In this document: positions 54,090 to 63,079 of the stretch, piece by piece
Numbering within the stretch: the stretch's first letter is position 1
Layout: each line of letters begins with the position of its first letter
From: Chlorobiaceae bacterium
Lineage (GTDB): Bacteria > Bacteroidota > Chlorobiia > Chlorobiales > Chlorobiaceae
Assembly (NCBI GenBank): GCA_013334565.1
Contig: JAAXXI010000008.1
Location: 1,338 to 65,337 of the forward strand
Length of the DNA: 64,000 nucleotides
Reading direction: 5' to 3'
Translations under genes and position numbers: made by a program
Notes under the pieces: model-generated
Database searches by the model: none
Told to the model about the DNA's origin: nothing
The model's input: the letters and a program-made list of their open reading frames with translations, nothing else

Positions 54090-55322
54090 ATGAAATCACA
54101 CAAGCATTGGCTTAATCGGGAACGGCTCTCACTTTATTCTTGCATTTTTCTGGTTTTATATCTCTCGTTTGGTTCGGTGCTGGTTTTTAAATCGAAAAAT
54201 ATGGTTGACCCGAATGGAAGACCCCTTGGTGGAGACTTTGTCACATTCTGGGCAGCATCGCACCTTGCCCTGGAAGGACATGCCCAGGACGCTTACAACA
54301 TATCCTCGCTTTTCAAGGCTCAGCAGATTGCAGCACCGGCATCACGAAGCGGTTACGTATGGTTTTACCCTCCGGCGTTTTTCCTTGTGGTTCTACCTTT
54401 GGCATTACTGCCGTATACAACAGCATACTGGGTCTTCATGCTGTCAACTCTTGGCGCATATCTTCTGGTGCTGCACCGGATCATCCAAGGCAACACAGCA
54501 ATATGGTGTATAGCCGGTTTCTCCGGATTATGGGTGAATCTGCTTTGCGGCCAGAACGCATTCCTGACAGCAGCTCTCGGTGGCGCATCACTTCTTTCTC
54601 TCAAACAAAAGCCTCTCCTGGCCGGCTTCTTCATTGGCCTGCTCGCAGCTGTCAAACCTCAGCTTGCTTTTATCTTTCCAGCAGCGTTAATCGCCTGTGG
54701 AGCTTGGCGTTCATTGCTAAGTTCCGCACTGACTGCGATCACATTTACGGTATTAGGAATATTAACACTGGGATTCGATGTGCTCGTAGGGTTCCTTTCG
54801 AATCTCGGTATTGCGCGGCAACATCTTGAACATGGATTACAAAATGGAACACCCGCATGGACAAAAATGCCCACTCTCTTTGCTTTCGGGCGTCTGGTTG
54901 GTATTCCCGTCCCATGGGCGTACATTCTCCATTTTGTCGTTGCTTTGGGAGCTCTAACCGTCGTATGGTATGTTTGGCGGCGTTGCCTGGACTGGAAATT
55001 ACGAGGCGCAGCCCTGATGACGGCAACTTTTCTGGTCAGCCCATACGCATTGGATTACGATCTGGTATGGTTAGCCTTCCCTGTCGCATGGCTGGTAGAG
55101 CATGGGCTTCGGAACGGTTGGTTGCGTGGTGAGCGCGAAATTCTCGTAGTTGTCTGGTTGCTTCCGTTGTTATTGATCCCCATACCTGAAATTCCGCTAA
55201 TACCGATTGGACCGATGGCAATCTTCAGCCTGTTGTGGATTACGTTCCGCCGGGCCACTTTATCATTGAAAGACGCTACGAGTACCAGTACCCATCCGGA
55301 ACAATTCAATACTTTACCGTAG
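54090..55322 (+). CDS. GT87/DUF2029 glycosyltransferase, copy 3
   Basis: GGDFVTFWAAS, WFYPP, GQNAFL, VKPQL, YDL. Confidence 0.85.
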   Translation: MKSHKHWLNRERLSLYSCIFLVLYLSFGSVLVFKSKNMVDPNGRPLGGDFVTFWAASHLALEGHAQDAYNISSLFKAQQIAAPASRSGYVWFYPPAFFLVVLPLALLPYTTAYWVFMLSTLGAYLLVLHRIIQGNTAIWCIAGFSGLWVNLLCGQNAFLTAALGGASLLSLKQKPLLAGFFIGLLAAVKPQLAFIFPAALIACGAWRSLLSSALTAITFTVLGILTLGFDVLVGFLSNLGIARQHLEHGLQNGTPAWTKMPTLFAFGRLVGIPVPWAYILHFVVALGALTVVWYVWRRCLDWKLRGAALMTATFLVSPYALDYDLVWLAFPVAWLVEHGLRNGWLRGEREILVVVWLLPLLLIPIPEIPLIPIGPMAIFSLLWITFRRATLSLKDATSTSTHPEQFNTLP

Positions 55323-55433
55323 ACGAGATCATTTGTCCCCAGATTTCGCCAACAGCAAAATATTTTAACCAGTTAACTCAAATTTCTCACTTTTTCAATT
55401 TTAATCGCTAATGTCAGACTCATATAAAATACC

Positions 55434-56654
55434 ATGAAATCACGTGAGCATTGGCTTAACAGCAAACGTCTCTCATTTTATCCCCCTATTTTTCTGATCT
55501 TCTTCTTCCTAATTGGTTTAGGAAGCTGGTTGATGTCGAAAAATATGGTTGATCTTAACGGAATAGCACTTGGAGGTGACTTTATCGCATTCTGGGCCGC
55601 ATCGTATCTTGCCCTGACTGGTCACGCTCAAGACGTCTTCAATACGTCCGTGCTCTTCAAGGCTCAGCAGATTGCAGTACCGGCATCACAACAAGGTTAC
55701 TTATGGCTTTACCCTCCTACATTCTTCCTGATGATTCTGCCCCTGGCGTTACTGCCTTACAAAGCAGCTTACTGGGCCTTCATGTTGTCAACTCTTGGCG
55801 CCTGTCTTCTTGTACTGCAACGCATTGTTCACGGAAAAACAGCAATGTGGTGTATCGCCGCCTTCTCCGGATTGTGGGTGAACCTCCTTTGCGGCCAGAA
55901 CGCATTCCTGACAGCAACTCTCGCAGGTGCGGCATTACTCTCTCTTGAGCGAAGGCCCGTCCTGTCAGGACTTTTCATTGGCCTGCTTGCAATCAAACCT
56001 CACCTTGCCGTTCTGTTTCCTGTCGCTTTAATTGCCATTGGTGCTTGGCGTGCCTTGATAACAGCCGCAGTGACTGCCTTTACTTTTACCACAATAGGAA
56101 CGATAACTCTGGGGACCACTGTACTCTGGAGGTTCCTCTCGAATCTGGGATATGCGCGTTTTCTTCTGGAAAATGGATTGATTCACTGGTCAAATATCCC
56201 CACTCTCTTTGCTTTCGGGCGTCTGATTGGAATTCCTGTTCCATGGGCGTACGTTCTCCATTTTGTCATTGCTTTGGGAGCTGTAACCGTGTTATGGTAT
56301 GTGTGGCGACATTGCCAGGACTGGAAATTGCGCAGTGCCGCCCTGATGACAGCGACATTTCTGGTCAGCCCCTACGTCGTTACGTATGATCTGGTATGGA
56401 TTGCCTTCCCCATCGCATGGCTGGCATCGTCCGGGCAGGATAAAGGATGGCTGCCAGGCGAACGTGAAGTACTGGTTGCCGCCTGGTTGCTTCCATTGCT
56501 GATGATCCCTATTCCGGGAGTTCCTCCAGTACCGTTTGGCCCTCTGGTGCTCTGCAGCCTGTTATGGATTACGTTCCGACGTTCTGCAACGTCTTCGATG
56601 ACAGAAGCTGCGACAACTGGAGCTCATCCGGATCAGAATAAAACTTTACCGTAA
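55434..56654 (+). CDS. GT87/DUF2029 glycosyltransferase, copy 4
   Basis: GGDFIAFWAAS, WLYPP, GQNAFL, IKPHL, YDL. Confidence 0.85.
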   Translation: MKSREHWLNSKRLSFYPPIFLIFFFLIGLGSWLMSKNMVDLNGIALGGDFIAFWAASYLALTGHAQDVFNTSVLFKAQQIAVPASQQGYLWLYPPTFFLMILPLALLPYKAAYWAFMLSTLGACLLVLQRIVHGKTAMWCIAAFSGLWVNLLCGQNAFLTATLAGAALLSLERRPVLSGLFIGLLAIKPHLAVLFPVALIAIGAWRALITAAVTAFTFTTIGTITLGTTVLWRFLSNLGYARFLLENGLIHWSNIPTLFAFGRLIGIPVPWAYVLHFVIALGAVTVLWYVWRHCQDWKLRSAALMTATFLVSPYVVTYDLVWIAFPIAWLASSGQDKGWLPGEREVLVAAWLLPLLMIPIPGVPPVPFGPLVLCSLLWITFRRSATSSMTEAATTGAHPDQNKTLP

Positions 56655-56764
56655 CCGGCATCGCGATTCATACCGGATCCCGGCGGAAGCTGATAAATAT
56701 TACCAAGCAATTCAAAAGGCCCGATCCTGCATTACCCGCTCATGCAAGACTTAAAGAAAACTCC

Positions 56765-57964
56765 ATGAAGCTACACAACCATTGGCTTAATCGGGAGCGC
56801 ATCTCAAATTATCCCCGTATCTTCCTGGCTCTATTCCTTGTATTTGGCTTCGTGTGGGTATTGATGTCGAAAAACATGGTTGACCCAAAAGGAGGGCCGC
56901 TCGGTTACGACTTTATTGCATTCTGGGCGGCATCGCATCTTGCCTTGGCTGGACATGCCCGGGACGCTTTCAGTATTCCACAACTTTTCAATACCCAACA
57001 ACTTGCAGTACCAGCATCGACAAGCGTTTATGCCTGGTTCTACCCTCCCGCTTTTTATCTTGTCGTTCTGCCGTTGGCATTACTGCCTTATACAGCAGCA
57101 TACTGGGTCTTCATGTTGTCGACTTTGGGCACTTACATTCTGGTTTTGCGCCGCATCGTAAAAGGCAACACGGCGATGTGGTGTATTGCAGCTTTCCCTG
57201 GAGTGTGGGTAAACTTTTTGATCGGGCAGAACGCATTCCTGACTGCTGCTCTCGCTGCCGCCGCATTACTCTCTATTGAACGAAGGGCATTAATGTCCGG
57301 ACTTCTCATCGGATTGCTCGCTGCGATCAAACCTCATCTTGCCCTTCTTTTTCCTGTTGCTTTGATCGCTATTGGAGCATGGCGGACATTGCTGACCGCA
57401 GCCCTGACCACCTTGACTATAACGGCTATCGGAACGCTAACCCTGGGGCTCGCCGTTCTGAATGGATTCCTCGCAAACCTCGGCTATGCCCGGCAATTTC
57501 TGGAAACCGGATATATTCCCTGGGAACGCATTCCCTCTCTTTTTGCGTTCGGACGCCTGATCGGAATTCCTGTCCTGTGGGCGTACGTTATCCAGTTTAT
57601 CGTTGCAGTTGGAGCAGTGGCCATTGTAATATATGTTTGGCGGCGTTGTCAGGACCTGAACTTACGAGGAGCAATTCTGATGACCGCAACATTTCTTGTC
57701 AGCCCCTATGTATTCGACTATGACCTGGCATGGTTAGCCTTTCCCATCGCATGGCTGGCATTGGCCGGGCATCATACCGTTTGGCTGCGCGGTGAACGCG
57801 AACTGCTGGTAATTGCCTGGCTGCTACCAATGCTGATGATCCCGATAGCTGAAACTCTGAATGTGCAGGTGGGGCCTTTTGTGCTTTGCGGCATGTTATG
57901 GATGACTTTCCGCCGGGCAAAGGAAGCATTTGTTGTCAGAATCAACAGTAACAGCCGACAATAA
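56765..57964 (+). CDS. GT87/DUF2029 glycosyltransferase, copy 5
   Basis: GYDFIAFWAAS, WFYPP, GQNAFL, IKPHL, YDL. Confidence 0.85.
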   Translation: MKLHNHWLNRERISNYPRIFLALFLVFGFVWVLMSKNMVDPKGGPLGYDFIAFWAASHLALAGHARDAFSIPQLFNTQQLAVPASTSVYAWFYPPAFYLVVLPLALLPYTAAYWVFMLSTLGTYILVLRRIVKGNTAMWCIAAFPGVWVNFLIGQNAFLTAALAAAALLSIERRALMSGLLIGLLAAIKPHLALLFPVALIAIGAWRTLLTAALTTLTITAIGTLTLGLAVLNGFLANLGYARQFLETGYIPWERIPSLFAFGRLIGIPVLWAYVIQFIVAVGAVAIVIYVWRRCQDLNLRGAILMTATFLVSPYVFDYDLAWLAFPIAWLALAGHHTVWLRGERELLVIAWLLPMLMIPIAETLNVQVGPFVLCGMLWMTFRRAKEAFVVRINSNSRQ

Positions 57965-58802
57965 AAACTCGGATCGGGATGGTACAATCCGATACGGTGC
58001 AATAAATATCATGAGAGGAAAACAGAATCAGCGAACCTGATTATTATTTATGTTTGATGATCTTTACCATCGAGCATGAATATTCTTTTTTGCAGCAACT
58101 TTGCTGTTTAACATTATTGGAAGACACGCTCAGTAAATCAGACTAACAGAGTACGAATTACTTTATTGATAAGGGTACTGTTACTTCATAGAAGAAACCG
58201 GACATAAAATAGCAGGATTCAAACAGAAATGATCATTGGTATTCAGTGTTTAGATCTCACTGCGATTTATATCTATGAAATGTTATCGTATAGTCAGTTT
58301 AATGACAGGTTAACCTTATTGAAAAGGCCAATCAGACTTACATTATATATATACAAAGCGATCAGGGTATTGCGGAATAGACCTCCTGGTATAAAATGCT
58401 TCATCTTCATACCCTCGCCAAGTTGTTCTATGCCTTAAGAATAATTGAAATACAAATATCTGAATGAATGACGAATGAAGAGAGAACAGCTCTCTATTTT
58501 TGCCAGTCGAAATCATTACGCATTAATTACATTAACTTATAAGCAATTTATTACACCAGCCGATATTTCAAATATTCGAAAGCACCGAATCTGGATAAGC
58601 ATCAAATTAAGTCAATGTGATCATATAGCTCATTCATTTATTGATTTTGCCTTTTTTATATATTATATTTGTGTTGCAAGTACCCCCGAAATGGCTCTAA
58701 TATAGGTTTCACTTTAAAAAAGTATGAGGATATAAGGTCAGACTTATAAGGAAAAGGGGTATTTGGAAGCAGGAATAACTAAATCCATTGGGAGGTATAA
58801 TT

Positions 58803-59012
58803 ATGCTCAACATTTTCCTAAGCATCAAACTTAGCCTTGAAGTCATGCTGAAAAGGGTCTTCGATGTAAAATCACAAAAAGGCGTAACCATGATCGAATA
58901 CGCCCTGATTGCTTCTTTGATCGCTGTTGCTGTAATTGTAATTCTTACGACTACAGGATCTAATTTAAAAAATGTTTTTTCCTATGTCTCAAGTCAACTT
59001 ACGACTCCCTGA
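58803..59012 (+). CDS. flp: Flp/Fap pilin
   Basis: Basic leader ending KSQKG, then VTMIEYALIA Flp motif and hydrophobic helix. Confidence 0.92.
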   Translation: MLNIFLSIKLSLEVMLKRVFDVKSQKGVTMIEYALIASLIAVAVIVILTTTGSNLKNVFSYVSSQLTTP

Positions 59013-59068
59013 TCTTGAGATATTTTTCACCACAATCTATGGATAAAAACTCTTTTACATTCTAAGCG

Positions 59069-59836
59069 GTGAAATTACCAGTCTTCGCTCTCGCCATAGC
59101 CCTCACTCTGGGGGCAATGGCGGCTTTTATGGCCTTGCGCTGGACAAGCACACCCCAATCTTCAGGGGCCAAGGTGGTCATCGTCGAGAAACCCATCGAA
59201 GCTGGCAAAGCCATTAAAACAGATCAAATCAAGACCATCGACTGGCCGGCTCCAGAAGTTCCGCAAGATGCATCAACCAGCACGACAAGTGTTCTGGGCC
59301 GAATTGCCCGTGTTTCCATGATACCAGGCGAGCTTGTTTTGTCTGCCAAATTGGCCCCTAAAAACGCGACAGGAGGCTTGTCATCGATTATCGAGAAGGG
59401 TAAGCGCGCCATAACCGTTCAGGTCAACGAGGTGGTCGCGGTTGCCGGATTTGCCCTGCCGGGCAGTTATGTCGATATTCTGGTCAGCGGTAAGGACGAC
59501 AACAACCAGCCTTTTTCGAGAACAGTGCTCTCGCGCGTCAAAGTATTGGCCGTGGCCCAGGAAACCACTTCAGAACCCGATAAACCGAAAGTGGTCAATG
59601 CCGTTACCCTCGAGCTTACACCGCACGAATCCGAAAAACTTGACCTTGCCCGCAACATCGGGACGCTATCCCTTGTCCTTCGCAACGAGCTCGATACCAG
59701 TGAAGTAAACTCGGCTGGCGTGCGTCTGCCTGAAATCGTGTATCCTGCCGGTGCCGCCACCCCAAAACCGGCTGCGCAAAATGCAACTTCGCCCCAAAGC
59801 AATGGAACCGTGGAAATTCGAGGCATGAGCCATTAA
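59069..59836 (+). CDS. cpaB: Flp pilus assembly protein CpaB/RcpC
   Basis: N-terminal TM, SAF domain, GKRAITV, VAGFALPGSYVDIL, VKVLA, VTLELTP, LSLVLRN. Confidence 0.92.
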   Translation: MKLPVFALAIALTLGAMAAFMALRWTSTPQSSGAKVVIVEKPIEAGKAIKTDQIKTIDWPAPEVPQDASTSTTSVLGRIARVSMIPGELVLSAKLAPKNATGGLSSIIEKGKRAITVQVNEVVAVAGFALPGSYVDILVSGKDDNNQPFSRTVLSRVKVLAVAQETTSEPDKPKVVNAVTLELTPHESEKLDLARNIGTLSLVLRNELDTSEVNSAGVRLPEIVYPAGAATPKPAAQNATSPQSNGTVEIRGMSH

Positions 59837-59865
59837 CCCATTGTCAAACCATAGCCGCCAAGTAT

Positions 59866-61338
59866 ATGATTTTTTCGCACTTAATGCGTTGGGCCTGCAG
59901 GATAAGTATCCTCGTTGCAGTTCTTGCCAGCACCTTTCCTATTGACACAGGGGCAGCTCCAAAGCACACCGGAAGAAAGGCTGTAAAACGGAAACACACG
60001 ATTTCCGCCCCTTCTACGACCTTTCCCTCGAACTACCTTTTACACGAAGGCGAATCCAGGGTCTACCGTCTTGCAAAGCCCATTGCAAGGGTTGCCGTAG
60101 GCAACCCCGACGTAGCCGATTATATACTTATCAACTCTTCCCAGCTCTATCTTTTCGGTAAAAAACCCGGCGCGACCAATCTTATTCTCTGGGACCAGAG
60201 TGACAACTTCACGTCCGCTCCGCTGAATGTCAGCCGCAACATCAATCCCATAAAAGTTTTGCTTACAGCAGCCCTTCCTAAGGAGCATGACATCGATATC
60301 TACTCTCTGGGGCCGGCTGTGGTACTTGCCGGAACGGTCTCTGACGCCCTTGCAGCAGAAACCGCCTGGCGTATAGTAAAAGCTTATTTCAATGCGGGAG
60401 TTCCGGAAAACAACCCCGAATACTCTTTAACCAATAACCCTCCCCCATCTCCTGTACTATCTAATGTAACGGACATTGCCAAAACAACCTCAAACACAAC
60501 GTCCACAACGATCAACGGCTCAGCACAGACCGCCGGAATACCTGGTTTGGTCAACCTCCTTAAAATCCGGGATCCTCAACAAGTCCGACTCGAAGTCCAT
60601 ATCGCCCAGGTTTCCAGGGCCTGCATCCAGGCGTTGGGCCTGAACTGGACCCAAAACGCTGGCGGAGTCACTGGCAACATTATGTCAGGCTTTGTAAACA
60701 CGGCCACACTCAACATTTTGTTCAAGAATGGAAACAAGCTTCAAGCTGAAGCTGAGTGCAAAAAGAATCTGGTCAAAATACTGGCGGAACCGACACTTGT
60801 CACCATGAGCGGTCAGGAAGGGTACTTCCTGGTTGGCGGCAAAATTTATACACCCACCGTCGCGGCTAACGGTGCGATCGACTACGTCGAACGAACCTAT
60901 GGGGTGGGTTTGCGGTTCATACCTACCGTGCTGGACGGAGGTCGAATTTCGCTGAAGGTTGCACCTGAAGTATCCAAGCCTCTCCAGGATATTTTAACTT
61001 CAGGAAGCATAAACAGTTTACCCGCTTTTTCACTTTCCTACGCTTCTTCCACCGTCCAGATGAGCGAAGGTGAAAACCTTGTTATCGGCGGCCTGCTGCA
61101 GAACGATCTTACAGCAAAGATCAGGGGTGTACCATTGCTTAGTAACATTCCCATTCTTGGCGCTCTCTTCCGCCGAACCGATAAAGACGCTGAAAAGACA
61201 GAACTCCTGGTTGTTATTCGCCCGACTCTTGTCAAAGCAAGCAAAACCATGCCTGAGCTCCCGACCGACAAGGTAATCCCTCCTACCGATAAAGAGCTTT
61301 TCATCGACGGGAAACTGCAAGGATCGGCAGTAAAATGA
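59866..61338 (+). CDS. cpaC: Tad pilus secretin CpaC/RcpA
   Basis: RVAVGNPDVAD, GKKPGATNL, QQVRLEV, LAEPTL, FLVGG, APEVS, GVPLLSNIPILGALFR. Confidence 0.92.
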   Translation: MIFSHLMRWACRISILVAVLASTFPIDTGAAPKHTGRKAVKRKHTISAPSTTFPSNYLLHEGESRVYRLAKPIARVAVGNPDVADYILINSSQLYLFGKKPGATNLILWDQSDNFTSAPLNVSRNINPIKVLLTAALPKEHDIDIYSLGPAVVLAGTVSDALAAETAWRIVKAYFNAGVPENNPEYSLTNNPPPSPVLSNVTDIAKTTSNTTSTTINGSAQTAGIPGLVNLLKIRDPQQVRLEVHIAQVSRACIQALGLNWTQNAGGVTGNIMSGFVNTATLNILFKNGNKLQAEAECKKNLVKILAEPTLVTMSGQEGYFLVGGKIYTPTVAANGAIDYVERTYGVGLRFIPTVLDGGRISLKVAPEVSKPLQDILTSGSINSLPAFSLSYASSTVQMSEGENLVIGGLLQNDLTAKIRGVPLLSNIPILGALFRRTDKDAEKTELLVVIRPTLVKASKTMPELPTDKVIPPTDKELFIDGKLQGSAVK

Positions 61339-61775
61339 CTACCATCCGTAACAATTTTGCCATGCTTCGTTCACCGAAAACCAAGCACGCTATAACCCAG
61401 AAAGGCAGTGCTCTGGTTGAATTTGCCCTGATTCTTCCAGTGTTTCTGCTTCTTCTTTTTGGAATGGTTACTTTTTCAATAGCTATTTATGATAAAACCG
61501 TCCTCACCATAGCAACCCGTGAGGGAGCGCGTGCCGGGGCCAAGTACGTTTCAAACCGGACCAACAGCAACACAAAAAGCAGCGCCACAAATGCATTCAC
61601 GAACGCCTGCAAACCTCTCATCACTTTCGGGGCAGCCATGAACCCAACTCCCACCTTTAATGCTGATCCAATCAGCGACAACCAACTCACCGTCTCGGCA
61701 AGTATCAATTTCAAAGGACTCTACATTTTTTCAACCTTTCCAATCTCGGCTACAACTACCATGAGGCTTGAATAA
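61335..61775 (+). CDS. tadE: TadE-family pseudopilin
   Basis: QKG/SALVEFALILP, ATREGARAG. Confidence 0.9.
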   Translation: MTTIRNNFAMLRSPKTKHAITQKGSALVEFALILPVFLLLLFGMVTFSIAIYDKTVLTIATREGARAGAKYVSNRTNSNTKSSATNAFTNACKPLITFGAAMNPTPTFNADPISDNQLTVSASINFKGLYIFSTFPISATTTMRLE

Positions 61776-61777
61776 CC

Positions 61778-62980
61778 ATGACACGGTCTCACCACATCAG
61801 CAAATGGCTGCACGATCAGCGAGGCATGGTCATCATTTTGTTTGCCCTGTGCCTGCCGGTGTTGCTGGGCCTTGCCGCACTGGCTGTTGACCTTGCCCGC
61901 CTCAATCTGACCAGGACCGAACTTCAAAACGCTGCAGACGCGGCAGCACTTGGTGGCGCAAAATCGCTTAAGGATGCATCGGTTAAGGCAGCGGATAAAC
62001 CTTATAACTGGACGGCAGCCAACAACAAAGCGATTCAGTTGGCTCGTGCCAACTTCGCCAATGGCAGGGGAATAAATGATGTCACCATCGACAAGGGTTA
62101 CTGGAACCTCCAAACCCGCTCTTTTACGTTGCTTCCTGCCTCCGGAGTTCCCGCAGGCAACCTCCCCGCAATACGTGTAACAATTGAGATATCCAGTACG
62201 AAAAATAACGGCCCCTTGCCGTTGTTTTTCGCACCGATTCTGGGTATTGCCACAAGTAATGTAAAAGCCAGTGCCGTTACCATATTAAACGGTATGGGCG
62301 GCCCTTTTAACTATGCACTCTTTTCAGGAAGCACTTCAGATAATTTGACGATAAACGGCAGTGGTTTATATATCAGAGGGTCGGCGCATACCAATAAAAA
62401 ACTCATTATCAATGGAAGTTCAATCACGATAACAGAAGCGGCAGAAGCTGTTGGAACAATTACAACGAATGGTTCCAACATTAACATTGGTTCAAGATTA
62501 CCCGGCTCGAACAATATGGATATGCCGGATTTCAGTGAATCGATAACCACAGCAGCTACCGCAGCTAATCAAAAATATAATACATCCTATACCATAAATG
62601 GGAGCAATATTACTTCAGATCCGATTTACGTTACAGGAGAAAATCACACTGTCACGGTAAACGGCTCTTCTTTTACCGCTACAGGAGCGGTTATGGCAGA
62701 TGGCAATATTACGATAAACGGCAGTGGTGTATCATCAGGAAACAATCAGGTATGTTTTTATTCCAAAGACGGTGATATCATCATTAATGGTAGCAGTTAT
62801 GCCCTGAATGGGGTACTGTACGCACCTAACGGGAGAATTATTATCAATGGCAGTGGCGTTACGGTAAATGGCTCAGTAGTTGGTGAAGAAATCACGATAA
62901 ACGGTAGCGGTTTTAATATTGACAGGACAAATTATCCAATAACATCTTTACCTGGAAGCAATGTCCTGTTGGTTGAATAA
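61778..62980 (+). CDS. tadG: TadG-like pseudopilin with repetitive C-terminal domain
   Basis: DQRG/MVIILFAL, AVDLAR, ELQNAADAAALGGA, PLFFAPILG; C-terminal half with ten NGS repeats. Confidence 0.85.
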   Translation: MTRSHHISKWLHDQRGMVIILFALCLPVLLGLAALAVDLARLNLTRTELQNAADAAALGGAKSLKDASVKAADKPYNWTAANNKAIQLARANFANGRGINDVTIDKGYWNLQTRSFTLLPASGVPAGNLPAIRVTIEISSTKNNGPLPLFFAPILGIATSNVKASAVTILNGMGGPFNYALFSGSTSDNLTINGSGLYIRGSAHTNKKLIINGSSITITEAAEAVGTITTNGSNINIGSRLPGSNNMDMPDFSESITTAATAANQKYNTSYTINGSNITSDPIYVTGENHTVTVNGSSFTATGAVMADGNITINGSGVSSGNNQVCFYSKDGDIIINGSSYALNGVLYAPNGRIIINGSGVTVNGSVVGEEITINGSGFNIDRTNYPITSLPGSNVLLVE

Positions 62981-63079
62981 CTTAATTTACAAGTATTTTT
63001 CTTATAGCTGACAGACGGTTCAGACAACGAGTCGGCGTCAGGAAACGAGATACCTTCCTTACTGTTTGAAAAACCACAT

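Noticed and set aside
58229-58705. Small ORFs upstream of flp
   Set aside because: Short, AT-rich, with no motifs or clear ribosome binding sites.
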